DNA of 63,567 nucleotides, the filler included, from Folioceros fuciformis (lineage: Eukaryota): NCBI GenBank assembly GCA_049999805.1. It is 9 parts of 9 records of this genome, joined end to end, with 100 filler letters (N's around TTAATTAATTAA, not from the genome) between each part and the next. Parts side by side here need not be neighbours in the genome. Positions count along the whole stretch, not along the records: positions 23,193 to 34,196 come from JBNGIO010003347.1; positions 34,297 to 53,915 come from JBNGIO010003348.1; 7 more parts are not named here. The stretch is one strand, 5' to 3'. This document shows positions 25,347 through 40,051 of this stretch, piece by piece (position 1 is the first letter of the stretch; each line of letters begins with the position of its first letter). Position numbers and translations under genes: made by a program. The notes below the pieces were generated by a model. The model did not search any database. It worked only from the letters and a program-made list of their open reading frames with translations, and had not been told where the DNA came from.

Positions 25347-26024
25347 AAGCTTATCCGTCTGACAACTGACATGTTCCCCTCGGCAAGCCGCTCCTTCTTG
25401 GCATCACTTGTCTGTACAGACCTCTTTTTCCTAGCTTCACCTCACAACTCACCAGCCGTGCACATGGAACAACAGCTGGCAATTCATACATAAACTTGTG
25501 AACACAAGCTACGGGACGTGCTATAGAGTACGGAGAAACCACACACATCGTAATGATGAATTGTCTCTGTGTGAAGCCAAGTAGATCTGCATCCACGATG
25601 CCGCTGTGGATGCTTGCTGCTGTTCGGAATCATCGCTAGCATGAACTTGACAACTGTGTTGACCTGTATGGACCTTTTATTATTAAACCTCAGTGTGGCA
25701 TTGGAGCCGAGTTTGGCGCCCTGGTGCAAGATTTTGAATGCGCTCCATGCCAGCAGGAGGTCTAGGAGAATCGGTTGCAGGCTGCCGCTGCGGGAATGCG
25801 TGAATGGAGGCGGGGAAGGGAATCCCGGAGCTCTGCCTGCGTGCATCGCGTCTGAGCATGGGCAGAACTCGGGGCCGGGAGATGATCAGAAATGGCGGGA
25901 AAGGGCTCCGGACGCCGTGGAGGGAGGGTTTGGTGCGCTAGTTACTAGGCCGTGATGAATCGGAGCTTGGGAGCGGGGAAAACGTCGTCGGGAATGCGCG
26001 CTGTTGGGTAGAAGAAGGTGAATT

Positions 26025-29000
26025 ATGGCGCGGGAGGCTGCCGATTCTGTCAAGGTGCAGGAGCTGTTGCAGGAGCTGGTCGTTGTGTGCAAGAGAAGCT
26101 CCGAGGCTGCGGCTCTCTTCCATGACAATCTCGTTACTGACACCGGAGAGCTGTTGCCCGCGCTGCAGAAGGCTGCGGCTGGTCCAGGGCCTCCCAAGGT
26201 TTGCACAAGGACTGTGCAGCTGCGATTCTGCTTTCTTCAGTCTGAGAGCTGGTCTCACTGTGCTGTGATGATTATCGCTTTGCAGCTCCAGCTCCTGCAA
26301 GAGCAACGGTTGTTGTTAGCGGCGTCTCCTTTTCCGCAGAAGCTTCTGCAGAAGATTGAGCACCTCAAGGATGCCGGGTATGTCAGCTTGTTGTGACTGT
26401 GGAATCAAATTCAACTGAATTAGTAGTACTGTTGACAGCCCTGCACAGTCCCGCTTCCATAGCGAGTTTGCACTCTAGCATCATGATACTTGAGCATGCT
26501 TGGCAACTATTTTTCAGAGTGCGCGGCATTGATCGCTACATATGGTTAGTGGGCCAGATTATGGCGGACCCGGATGTCAAGCAGCTCGTGTCTGCGCCCA
26601 GCTCTGCTGAAGGGACACCAGGATCAGAGTCTGCAAAGACCGAATCTGATGTTTTGATGGCAGGCAGCCCTGTCAGAGTCCAGGCTGAGGTGAAGCCATA
26701 AACTTCTGTAGTGGTAGTATGCAAGGGAATTCTGAGCAGGTGTGCATATGTTAGCAGCTATGGGTCTCTAAGCAGTCAAGAACTGTCTGCAGCCAGTTGG
26801 TGCTCCTGCAACCGTTGCCGAGGCAGATTGGACGCCGACGAAACGGGCTACGACCATCAGTGACAGCATGACAGTCAGCCCTCGGGTTCCTTCAAGTCCC
26901 CGTCCTTCTAGTCCGGGTATGTCTAGTCCACGTGTGGTCAAACAGCTTCACAATCTTGCGTTGGACGAGGGAAGGCTTGGGTCACCTGGTTCATCTGCAA
27001 GATCAGAGAGCAGTAAGTTAACAATTTCAAAGAATTCATTGTTTCTCTGTACATACTGCCCTCCTGACCCTGTGACCACAACCCAACCTCTCGTTTGTGC
27101 TGGCAGAGGTGGCTGATTTAGCTAAGCCTCTGGTTGAAGGAGTTTCGTATCCAGCAACTCCTCCATGGAATGTAGATCGCCCGTATCTCACTTCTCGATT
27201 TCTTAGCCAGGTCGGTCGCTCACCTTGCAGGTGCTTCTCATGCGCTTCTAGTGTGAAGGTTGTTATTTGGTCCTCCGGTGTCTAGAGACCTGTTCACTGG
27301 CATAGGCGTTGGCCTATCCTAACTGCAGTGCCCGTCCCTCAGGATCTGTTCTTTATGCAGCAACGCAATCGGGGAAGTTCCCTGGAAAGAGATTCTCTCA
27401 GGTTTGGAAAAGCCCCTCCAGGGCTCTTGATGTTTCGTTTAGTTTTTGCCTGAGGTTAGTTATCGATGTGTCCAGTCCTGAGATTGTGTGCACCGATGGG
27501 TATAGTGCTGCTACTTTTTGCCATTTTTCTTTGGAATTTTTATGACACCTGGTTTGCCTACTACAGCAATGGTGATATTGGGAGGACTCTTGGAACATTT
27601 TCTCCAGCAGTTCAGGTCTGTTGGTCATACTTGCAGTGTAGAGGGCTGTCCTGTACAATTGCTGGGATCATGTCTACATGTTGGCTTTCTGACTGTGTCC
27701 AATAAAGTGACAAGGATTTTGAGTATTTACGTGGATCGCAGGAACTACTAGTAATTGATGACTTACTATACACAATGGTCGGCATTGAGGGAAAATATAT
27801 TCGAATGAGAAAAGCAAGACCAAAAGACGTCGTTGCTGTATTCTCACTTGACCATTCCATGGATACCTCTCTTCAGGTACGAGGAGTGACAGCTTCCCAT
27901 GTTGACATTGTCTGAATCAGTTGGTCAACTGTGGCGTGTTTCTTTTTGCACGGGCGATAGCAGCGTTGACAAAGGTTATGTAATCTTCCGGTCCCTTAAA
28001 TCAACTCCTTGCGTTGCAGGAGTTGGCAAGGCGTATTCTGCCTCTGAGTGAGAATTATATGAGTGTTTCAATTTTCTCGGAAACCAGATCACATTTCAAG
28101 TATGGGCTGGTGAACCATGCATTAGCTGCTGCCTTGAAGGCCATTTTGCAGGTCAGGAGGTTGTCTTCAGCTTTCTGTAAAGCTGGGCTGGGCAAGACTG
28201 TTTGAATGGACAGCTCTGCATTTCAACCCTCTAAAGAATCTGGTTTTGATCTGACACTGGCTTTGCTGCAGGACTATCATGCAATGGTGGCACAGTTGGA
28301 GCATCAATTCCGTCTAGCACGTTTGTCTTTGCAAGGGCTTTGGTATTTCTGTCAGGTGACTTTCTATGTTCCGGACGTTGGACAATGAAAAGTTTGCGAT
28401 GCCGTGACACTTATATTTTTTTCGATTGCCGTTTAGATCTTGTATTTTCTGTGTACAGCCTATGATGGGTGCAATGCAAGCATTGGCAGCTGTAGTACAG
28501 AAAGCGACTGCCAAAAATCTCTCAGGAGCTGCCATTTTAAACCTGCTGCAAAGCCAGGTAGGTATCTCGTTGAACGTGTTTCCAGCTCATGGCGTTTCAA
28601 GTTCCAGCTGTTTGGAGATGTAGCTTCAATAACCTAGTGCGCGTGCTTGACAGGCAAGTGCACTTGCTGGGGACAGTGCCGCTAGGGGTTTACTCCAAAA
28701 GCTTACTCAAGCTGCTAGTGCACCTTACTTCGGGATATTAGAACGGTCAGTCCCTGATTGAGTGTCGGCATGATGACAAGAAGAAACATCATGGATGTGG
28801 ATAGCCAGGAGTCTGCTTTGTAGGGATTTATGCATGATGGGTTTTTTGGCTTGCAGCTGGGTGTACGAAGGAGTTATTGATGACCCATACGGCGAATTCC
28901 TCATTGAAGAAAATAAAGCATTGCAAAAGGTACTTTTCCTCCCTGTTCACGTGTTTATTGTTAGGCTCGTACGAAGACCTGACCAGCAAGTGAACTGATT

Positions 29001-31486
29001 CCAGGAGAGCCTGAGCCAGGATTACAATGCAACATTCTGGCAACAGCGGTATAGCCTGAGACAAGATGTCCCTGGTTTCCTTAGTAGCGCTGCTGACATC
29101 ATCTTGACAACTGGAAAATATCTGAATGCTCTCCGCGAATGTGGACACAACATTCAGGCAAGACTTTCTTAGTCTTCGATCGGCATGCTTTGGCCCCGGT
29201 GAGAATTTAACAAGCATTGAACTGACAATGGTTTCATGCTTTGTTACAGATTCCTTTCTCAAAAGATGTCTTGACCTCAGGTGCACGACGCCCTTATTTG
29301 GAGCGCATACATATTGCCTACAATTGTGCTAGTGCGGAGCTCTTAAAATTGATAGTTCATAAGGTAACAAACCTTCATTCCTCGAACATTCATTCCGGTT
29401 GGTTGTTTTACGTGACTTAGCAGCCCTACTCACATCAATTTCCGGGATTGTGGTATTTCTTGGATGGCAGAGTGATCTATTTGGGAGGCTTCGTTCCTTG
29501 AAACACTATTTTTTAGTTGATCAGGTCGGTGCAAGCGCATTGTCAGTCCTTTATCTGGACATGGGGTTGGAGTAGATAGTGGTATGGCACCCCACTGTTG
29601 ATCTCTACCTACTTTGACAATCTGGGTTGTATCATTTGCAGGGCGACTTTCTTGTTCATTTTATGGACACAGCTAAGGATGAGCTTGCTAAACGCCATTT
29701 GGCTATATCAGTCGAAAAACTGCAAGTGAGATCTACAGGGAGCCTCTCATGTGTGATCGTTTTACATTTACTTTGACCATTTGCTGATAGCTTTATTGTG
29801 CTGGTTTTTGTGAGCAGTCCTTGTTGGAGTTGGCGCTGCGGACTTCAGTTGCAGCTGCGGATCCATATCATGAAGACCTAGCTTGCAATGTGGTAAAATG
29901 TTGAGTGTTGCCGATGATTGGTGTTCTTTCTTTGACTTAGCGTTGTACTGATGTGCTGCAGCTTTTTACCAGGAAAGATCGACTTTGATTGCACAGTTGT
30001 CGAATTTCACAGATGGTGGAACTGACACTGGGGATACGAATCTGAGGCTGGAGCTTGCATCCATCAACAAGACGGTTCAGGATAGTGGAAGCCAAGGAGC
30101 CAGTGGCAGTACAACTGGGTTGGAGACTTTTACCCTTGACTACAAGGTTGATCCCTTTGACTTTCAGATGGGTGTATGTGTCTCCTTGAAGCTTCGGTTG
30201 CGGGAGGGTGCTAAGACGAGGACTTCTCTTCCACTGCACCGCATTTGGTTTCTGCTTAGGTTTACTGGACTCGTGTGCAGATCCGGTGGCCAACATCGTT
30301 AGTGATTTCAAGAAAAGCTTTGACAAAGTATCAACTTATCTTCCGGCATCTATTTCATTGCAAGCATGTTGAAAGGCAACTCTGCAATACATGGCAAGCG
30401 CATCAGGTGTGTCCCAAAGTATCCCACTGTCTTCTGAAGGGAAGTTTTTTTTCCCAGCTTCTTGTTTAGAACGGACAGGCTCACTCCCAATCTAATTGCA
30501 GGCAACAAGGGGTTTGGACTTTGCGGCGTCCTCAATTTCTCGTTCGTATGTTTTGTGTCAACGAATGTTGCACTTCATGCAAAGCTTTGAACACTACATG
30601 ACGTTTGAGGTAGTACGCCTCCCATCTCAGTGACTTCGATTTAGGTCGCATTTTGTGCTCTCAAGTTTGTGCGCGGAGAACGTCACTGTTAGCACTCAGA
30701 TTTGAATTTTTAACCAGGTCTTGGAACCAAACTGGCACGAAATGGAGACCAAGTTGCAGGCTGCTAAAAGCATAGATGAAGTATGCTCACGATGACCATA
30801 GTCATTCAGCTATTGGCCTTGTCTTCAGTGTGCAATCCCGGCCAAAATTGGTCATGCCTTGTCATTTGTTTGCAGGTTATGTTGCAGCATGATGTCTTTC
30901 TTGATAAATGTTTGAAGGAGTGCATGCTTTGCCGGCCACTTGTTCTTAAGGTGAGTTCTATCGCTTTTGCTCGGTTGGCACATAGCAACGCAGCATTTGT
31001 GACTTAGCTGTCATGGACGGTCGTGCTCGGTTGCAGAAAGTAGAGAAGCTGAAATCGACGTGCCTACAGTACGCCTCGGCTACACAATGGTTGATACCGT
31101 CCCTTGGTTCCGCCAGTGAGCAGACGAGAAAGACCTTTGCAGGTCCAGGTAAAGGAGATGCATTAATCGATGGGAAAAAGTCCAAGCACCGCATCAAAGG
31201 CCCAGTTGTGCGAACTTGGAACGAATCGGACGACAACAACTTCAGGACCACTATCGGGTAGGGCTTTACTTTGTAAACTTTGGTGAGGTGCTAACTAACA
31301 CAATCGACTAGCTGAGGCAAGTGATTTGACACGCTTCCAACGTCTTGGTGTTTCGCCAGGAAAATGGAAGCTGAGTTCAATAGGGAATTGAAAGACCTCA
31401 TCATGTTCCTGAGTACTTTCTCGCAAACGGAGCCTTCGCTGGCCCACCTAGCCCAGGGTTTGCAAGGCTTCGGTAAAGACTTTTGA
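26025..31486 (+). CDS. GCP2: Gamma-tubulin complex component 2 (Spc97 family), multi-exon
   Basis: [109 protein letters not shown]; stop TGA at 31484-31486. The 5' exons are less certain. Confidence 0.92.
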
Positions 31487-31675
31487 ACGTTGTTACTGAA
31501 ATGTGTATCATACAAGGTGAGTAGCAGATTCGCTACTGCCGGCAATTCCTCATCTGATAGCAAAATTTAGTAATCCGTGGTACCAAATCTTTGACAAAAC
31601 TGAAGAATGTATCCGAGTTACCACAAGTAACAAACAGACGATCGCGGCGAGGGGAAAGCTTGCAAGACCTTGCTG

Positions 31676-32215
31676 TCATTTGCCCGAAGCAGCTTTCTTT
31701 GCAGCAGCCAAAGGGTTAGCATCCAAATTCTTGGGCGTCCCTTTAGCTACGGGCGGTGCAGGCAAAATGCCTGCCTTGTGCAACAGGCGCGCGACGGGGT
31801 CGGAGGGCTGCGCTCCTACCGACAGCCAGTACCTGCAACACCATGGCCCCGGTACCTGCTGCTGTGAGAAAGAAGTTAGGAGAAAGCACAGCAAGGTGAC
31901 GAGGGCAGGCTTACTTGACCCGATCGCTTTTGATCCCAATCCGCTTCATACCATCCTTTCCTGAAGAGTGCAACGCATCGCAACAAGAGTTAAGAGATGT
32001 ACATGCCAGCTGAATTGAGTGAAGTTCCATGCGTGGAGAAAGAGGTTAGGGCTTGAGGCTGACAGGCAGGAAAGCGTACCAGGCAGCGGGTTGTAGTGGC
32101 CTAGCACCTCGATGTGCTTGCCGTCGCGCGGACTCCGGCTGTCGGCCGCAAAGATGCGGTAGAAGGGCAGGTTTTTGCGACCGAAGCGGGCCAGCCTGAG
32201 CCTCACCACGCCCAT
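31676..32215 (-). CDS. RPS16: Nuclear-encoded organellar ribosomal protein S16, 3 exons
   Basis: [45 protein letters not shown] / [15 protein letters not shown] / [17 protein letters not shown] with GT-AG introns. Confidence 0.93.
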
Positions 32216-32873
32216 GGATGCTGTAGCAAGATGGATTCGTGGATACTGGAAGACCGAGCGACGCTGACGGAGGGACGAAGGGGGGAAAAAAAAGTTAGGC
32301 TTAGTTAACCGGAACATAAGACGCGCAGTTAGAGAGTAGGGTTTGTGTGTCCGCCACGTCCCGGGGGTTGGAAGGCAGTTACGGAGGGGGGATTGAAAGG
32401 GAGCGTCCAGACAAGGGTGGCAGTTACAAGCTGGGCAGTGAAGGGCGGCAAGGCCCTTTCTCGCGAGCAGGACGCGGCGCGGCCAGCACTGCTCTTCCTC
32501 GCAAGGCGGTTGGCTTCTAGACTTCCTCCTGCTCTTGTTCCTGCTCTTGCTCCTCCTCCTCCCTATGCCTAGGCCTAGTTCTGCTTCTGCTGCAGGGTAT
32601 CCCACACAATTCAATTCGCTTACCATCACTCCAGTGCTCGCTGGAGCCACCATCATTGTCACGTTGTTGAGGTATATAACAGTGCTGTGGGTGGTGGTGT
32701 GGGTGCATGGATATGTAGGTGGTGGATTTCGGATCTCTCGGACGTAATTTGAGCAGAACGAAGGATCTGGATCATCGTGCAAAAAGCTATAGCGTACGTG
32801 CAGCACAACTAAGCTGTGCTGCGAACATTTGCAAGGAAGGGGTTGCAATTAGAGGAGTGAGGAGCAGGAGTAG

Positions 32874-34196
<1,323 letters not shown>

Positions 34197-34296
34197 NNNN
34201 NNNNNNNNNNNNNNNNNNNNNNNNNNNNNNNNNNNNNNNNTTAATTAATTAANNNNNNNNNNNNNNNNNNNNNNNNNNNNNNNNNNNNNNNNNNNN
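34197..34296. other. Artificial contig-join linker
   Basis: N44-TTAATTAATTAA-N44. Confidence 0.97.
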
Positions 34297-35600
34297 CTTA
34301 CAAGAATGGAGATGGGCAAGCACAGAAGGAGTTGAAAGAGACGAAATTGTTGATAGATTTACAACAAATGTAGATTTCTCGAGCACAATTCCAAATTGTA
34401 AACATCCGAATTGGGAAGAGTGTGCCAACTTTATGCACCATAATATCGATCATAAAGGTTCACTAAGTATTTTTGTTCCATGGTCCATTATCTTGAAGAA
34501 GTTAATAGAAAATGAAGTTGTGTTCATGAACAAAAAAGGTCTCCCTCAAGCTAGAAAAATCAAAATCGATAATCCAATCGGGTAAATTTATTGNNNNNNN
34601 NNNNNNNNNNNNNNNNNNNNNNNNNNNNNNNNNNNNNNNNNNNNNNNNNNNNNNNNNNNNNNNNNNNNNNNNNNNNNNNNNNNNNNNNNNNNNTCTCTCT
34701 TACATGCTAAATTAATACATTATATCTTTTAGCATCAATTTGACTAATATTTTGTTCACAAGTTTATTTTCAGCACAAGGAAGAGTGATGAGCCTACCAA
34801 TGTGCAAAATAGCGGTAATTAGAGTATATATTTTATATCATATATTTTTATTATATTTATTGATATATATGTATATATATACACACATACAATAACACAT
34901 TTTTATAGGAAGTTGGTGTGACCATAATTTACATTAACAACACTCTATTTTCAATAAATATATAACCAAAAAAATATGTATTTGTTATATCTTACAGAAT
35001 TGAAAACAGATAGTCTTCAAAGCTCATTGACTCTCGTGGCAATAGAGTAAGATACCTATTTGATTTTTTTACTCATGATAATTTATTAAAAAAATAAAAA
35101 AGAACTCTAATTAAGATTACTTAACATGGTCACCTTCATGAAACTATTTCATGCAGAGACTCTCATCACAGGATACCAGCTCCTCAACAAGGAGTACCTA
35201 TAGACATAGTGCGAAGGTAAAAATTATATTATCTTATCATATTTTTATCAACTTTATATCTACTACATCTTTTATGCACCTACATTACATTAGGTGCATA
35301 AAAGATGAATTGCACTTTTAAATCATCCACTACCAATGTGAAAAAAATGAAATAAAAAAAATTACTAAAATTTTTAATGGTTTATGAAGGCTCATTCCTA
35401 AACAAGAATTTTCCAAATCCAAGCCTTCATCATCCACGGTAAGTATTTCCTATCATAGTTTTGTGCAAGAATAAAAAATTTATCTCCTTGTTGTGTTGTA
35501 TGTATGCATGAAAAGATTCTGACTATGTATTTTGTCTTGTAATATTAGGTTACCAAGAAACCAAAAAATAGTTTCTTACCATCAAGTCTATTAAAAATTA
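34297..35600 (+). other. AT-rich putative spliced gene with micro-exons (possibly transposon-borne)
   Basis: Open frame 34298-34585 (LQEWRWASTEGVERDEIVDRF...), then 40-60 bp blocks bounded by AG/GT at ~34774-34814, ~34998-35047, ~35157-35216 and ~35390-35438 within very AT-rich DNA. Confidence 0.35.
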
Positions 35601-37530
35601 AGAAAATAAGTTCCAAGTAAGTACAAGATATTAATAGCTTGGTATATGAATATTGTTATACGCAAATCTAAAAATGGGATGAAATTGTGTGCTCCAGGGG
35701 AAAGTAATTTAACAAGTTTGAACATCAAACCCTTTCTCAAGCTTATGGAGTAGGTTGTTATCCTTGCGTAAGCTTGAGTTCCACTCATACAATCAAATTG
35801 CATATCAAATATGGATTATTTTCAAGTTCTTTCAATTTTATACCACTATTATATTATATATTCTAATAAATATATCATATTTTCTTCCATGATTAAGTAT
35901 TCTTTCAAGCTCACTTTTAGGTGTTGCTCTGTTGTAACAAATGTTGTTGCCCATATTTCCAAAGTAGAGAGCCCTAGTCAACATGTTTGAGTTCCATGCA
36001 TCAAGCTATTACTAAGAGATGGAATCATGAGTCTACCTAAAGTAGTAGCCCAACGAAGAAGTTAATGAATCCTTATGTAGAGGAAGTCTACCTAAGTAGT
36101 AGTCCAAGGAAGAAGGTTAATGAATCGTTATGAGTTCTCTACATAACAAAAAAAATATGAACTTAAATAAAACAACAATATAGTGTTGCATAAGAGCTTC
36201 TGCTTTCCTTTGGAAAAGGAAAGCCTTAAGTTACATAGTCCTCGTTATGAGGTTGCTAATTTGAAGTTGAGATAGTTCGAGCTTATAACACATTGAAGAT
36301 TAAGTATAACTCTTGTAACACATTCGTATGGCACACAACACATGGCTAATTCATTGTAATAAAATGAAATGGTCATCACTCATTATTAATTAATTTTGCT
36401 ATAATGTACAAAGTTATTATCAATTCGTGCTCACAAAAACTATAGTTTTCTCAACTTTGTTTTGGATCAAGGGGTGAAGTGCCACATTAGGCATAAGCAT
36501 AAGCAGTTTAATAGGACCACTTGGGTGGCGTAATGCGACTTGCTTCATCTTCTCAGCTAGTGGCCAATCCTCTTCCAACCAATTCTTTTGGGTTGCCCTC
36601 TTAAGACTTAGCTAAGTCTTCTAAGATAATTAGATCACTCATTAGCCCTCTTTCATGCTCGTTTTCCATGTCCTCACCTCCTCTAACATCTTCCGGAATG
36701 CCTACATAATAATTTTTGCATCAATTATTGTCTTCCCTTAAACCGCCTTGCTTGGGACTTGGGGGATGAGGATGCATGGACTTTGTTCTTGTTCCTTCCT
36801 CCATGTTGCCTTCAACGCTCGAAAGGTGGTCCTTCAAGTCCTAGGGATGTGACCTCTCGACTTTGCCACTTCAAGTTTAGAGATTGAAGTACAAGTTCTT
36901 CTAGAGGAGGAAGATCCACTAGTAGCCCAATCTGAGTTGCAGTTGGCTAAGTGCGACAAGGTTTGCTGTGGAACATAGAATTTCGGGCCAATGTTCCAAT
37001 TTTGGTACAATTTGTATAAATGCAGCTAGGAGAGGGAAGGTTTCTTTCTATTTGGTTTTGTTTCTATTTTCTATTTTTATTTTTCAGCGGCTATATATGT
37101 GAGTAGGGGTTTTTCATGCATTGTAAGCAGAAGCATATGTTCAAGGGATAAAAGTCTGATGGGTCTGGCTAGGAGAAAGAAATGACGAGGATCCATTCGA
37201 GGGATAGAAGTGGGATGGATCCATTAGGGGGGATAGAGGTGGTCTGGTACCGAACCATCAGGTTTGGCAAGAGGTCCAGGCAAGGCACCTGCTAAACTAG
37301 GTTGCATGTAGGCACTCTAAGTTACTAGATTGCATACAACCACTCTAAGTCCCCAAGTGCCATGCAGGCACTCCAAGGCACCATGCTGCATGCAAGCACT
37401 CTAAGTTTCCATGCGACATGCAACCACTCCAAGTCCTCAGGTGCGTGGGAGCTTAGGGAAAGCAGCCATTTGTGAGCAAATGGGCGGGCAGCAAAGGACC
37501 GTGAGAGGAGGTGGCAGTGCTACCACAGTG

Positions 37531-37655
37531 GAGAGGCAGTGAGGCTACCACAGCGGAGAGGCAGTGAGGCTACCACAGCGGAGAGGCAGTGAGGCTGCTA
37601 CAGTGGAGAGGCAGTGAGGTTGCCACAGCGGAGAGGCAGTGAGGTTGCCACAGCG
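37531..37655. repeat. 25-bp tandem repeat, 5 copies
   Basis: GAGAGGCAGTGAGG(C/T)T(A/G)CCACAGCG head-to-tail. Confidence 0.9.
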
Positions 37656-37969
37656 GAGAGTGCAGTGAGCTTAGCTAGTGGAGAAATAGTGAGGCTGCAA
37701 AGGGGGAGAAGAAATGCGGTAGCTGCCCCTTCTTCTTGTTTTTTCCCCTTCTGTAATCAGGGAGCAATCCGGAGGTGGAATTATAGGGATCTGTGAGCTG
37801 AAGGAGGCACTGGCTGCATGCGAGGCTGGCTGAAGCAGTGAGAAGGAGGGTTGTGAGTGAACAAAGTGAAGAGCTATCTTCCAAGGATTCTCTTTTCTCT
37901 CTCGTTTGCTAGTCATGGGAGCTAGCTTTAGTGGGGATTTTTGCATCCTGCTGATCTGCTGATTTTAGT

Positions 37970-38653
37970 GTGGAGAGCAACATGTGGAGCCAGCTAGGCT
38001 CCCTTTGGATTGATGCTCATGGGAGCTGCTTGATGGGGTTGTTAGAAAGGGGAAAGGAGCACTTTTCCACCTCTTTTTGCTTGTTTCTTTTTCCTTCTCT
38101 CCTTCACTCACAAGGCAGGGGGGAAAGAGCAAGGCAAGTGCCTCGAACTTCACGGGTTGTGGCTGAGCGCAAAGAGGAATGGGAGCAAGGGCCTAAGGAG
38201 AATGCTAGTTTGAGGATTCAACTCACGGAGGCTACCATGGAAAAGGATGCTCTAAGAGAGAAGCTAGGAGAGGATCAACTAGTGGAAGAAATGGAAGACC
38301 TAGTTTGCCAAAACCAGCAAATACAGACACATTTGTATTGGAGGATAGCCAAATTTTCGGAAGAAATGAGGGTATTTCTGGAGCAAAGGGCTAAGAGCTT
38401 GCAGGAGGAAAAGAAAACTGCTATAACGGCATTGGAACGTCCCCCAGAAGATTTGGGGGAGGGAGAAGAGGAAGATCTGATTATCGGGGGCAGCCTGACA
38501 AATGTGGAATGCACATCTGATAGACAAGAGATCTTGGGGACACCTGACCCCAAGATAGAAGCTAACGTGGATTTGTTACTTATGTTGCCTACAGGACTGA
38601 AGGAGTCTCCTCCTTTTATGCCTTTGGAAAGTAGCCCAACAATTGCACCCTAG
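37970..38653 (+). mobile_element. Coiled-coil ORF in retroelement debris (gag-like or accessory; function unknown)
   Basis: 227-aa E/K-rich ORF flanked by tandem repeats and LTR-like sequence; no diagnostic motif. Confidence 0.3.
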
Positions 38654-38793
38654 TTAGCAACAATGAAGAGACTGAGTGATGAGGTGACACCACTAGAGGA
38701 CGAGGAGGATTATGACAGCAATCAGAAGATCAAAAGGTTCCCTCCCAAGGACACAACTGGCGGAGGAGTGTCAAGAGTGAGGTCAGGCCCCAC

Positions 38794-40051
38794 TGTTTAG
38801 ACTTAGTTTATGTTGGCTTGTGGTGATTGGGCCTAAATGGTAGGCCCATTATGACTTCTGACACCAAGTTATTTTCTATGCAAGCCTAGATTAGTGAGCC
38901 AAGAGGTTCATTGATTTAGTTGACTTTTCATAGTATTGACCTAAAGAGAGAGAGAGTGGGAAGAGAGAGGGGAGCTTCTAAAAGGCTAGGAGAGTCCCCT
39001 GAACTCATTTTGTCATTTGCCACCTTTTGTTCTTCAACTCTTGCTTCATGAGCTCCTTGGGTTTTTTGTTTTAGCTGACTTATGTGGTTAAGACATTGTC
39101 TTCCTTTCCAGTCGGAGGTTGCTAAGGCTCAGTTGTTGGATGTGGATGAGGTTGGGGATTGTTGGCTGATGGTGCAAGTGTCTATGGTTATTGTCCTTAC
39201 TATTCCTACATGCTAGCCTTGCTAGTGTGTTGCCAACCAAGGAGACTTAGTGTTTGGTAGGAGGTAAGGGTAGGTTCCATCAATCTGCGCAGTAGCGTAG
39301 GACAGTTCTAACCCATGGAGGGGAGAACAAGTAGAGGAGTAGGTGTGGAAGAATAGAGGAGTAGAGGTGAAGGTGGAGGTCGTTGTAGTGTTTAGAGTTG
39401 CAAGGCACCGAGAGTGCTCAAGGCTTGGTAAGGAGCCTGAGGTTGTGTTTCCACAAATCCGCCCTAATTGGTGTGTGTTTCTGACGTGGTGTTGGCAAGG
39501 TTTGAGGGAGGGGGGTTGCAACCTGGTTGTAGGTTCCTTCTGTAGGTTTGACTTGTGGTTTCACGCACATAGAGTGAGGGGGTTGTAGGCAATAACAACC
39601 ACAACAGTTGTGAGTGTGAAGACTTGTCCACAAGTCGAAAGTGGCAACCTGAACCATTGGCAGGGTAGGAGTGACAGTCCTGACTTGTTTGCAATTGGTA
39701 GGTCAGTCGAAAGTTGAGTAGTACCTTTGACCGGAGGTAGCAAGGTCAGAAGTGATTTGGATGGAAGTTGTTTGTGAGACGTGAGAAGTGTGAAGTGGGA
39801 GGTTGTGGTCAGGTTAGGGGTGACAAACCTGATTTGTCTTCAACTAGACGAGTCCTAACTAGGGGTCGCGAGGTCAGGTGTAGAGGTCAGCAGTTGGGTG
39901 GACAAAAGTTGTTGGGTCGGATGTAAGAGTTGTGGAGTTGTGGGGTGAGGAGAAGTCATCTCATACACTACAGATTGGGAATACTAGCTACTCTTTGGTG
40001 GGATCGAAACCCATTCTATACTAACGACAGTGGCATAAGTGTGGCCACTAT
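38794..40051 (+). mobile_element. Long LTR-like element related to 10789-11650
   Basis: Begins TGTTTAG; ends GGGATCGAAACCC...AACGACAGTGGCATAAGTGTGGCCACTA, as at 11600-11649. Confidence 0.5.

Noticed and set aside
25553..25660. C/D box snoRNA (ATGATGA plus hairpin GCATCCAC/GTGGATGC)
   Set aside because: No CTGA D box at a suitable distance and no terminal stem; probably 3' UTR or intergenic sequence.
31946..32848. 300-aa ORF as an N-terminally extended RPS16
   Set aside because: The upstream part is low-complexity promoter/UTR sequence shared with TUB, and the ORF runs into intron 1; homology starts at the ATG at 32215.
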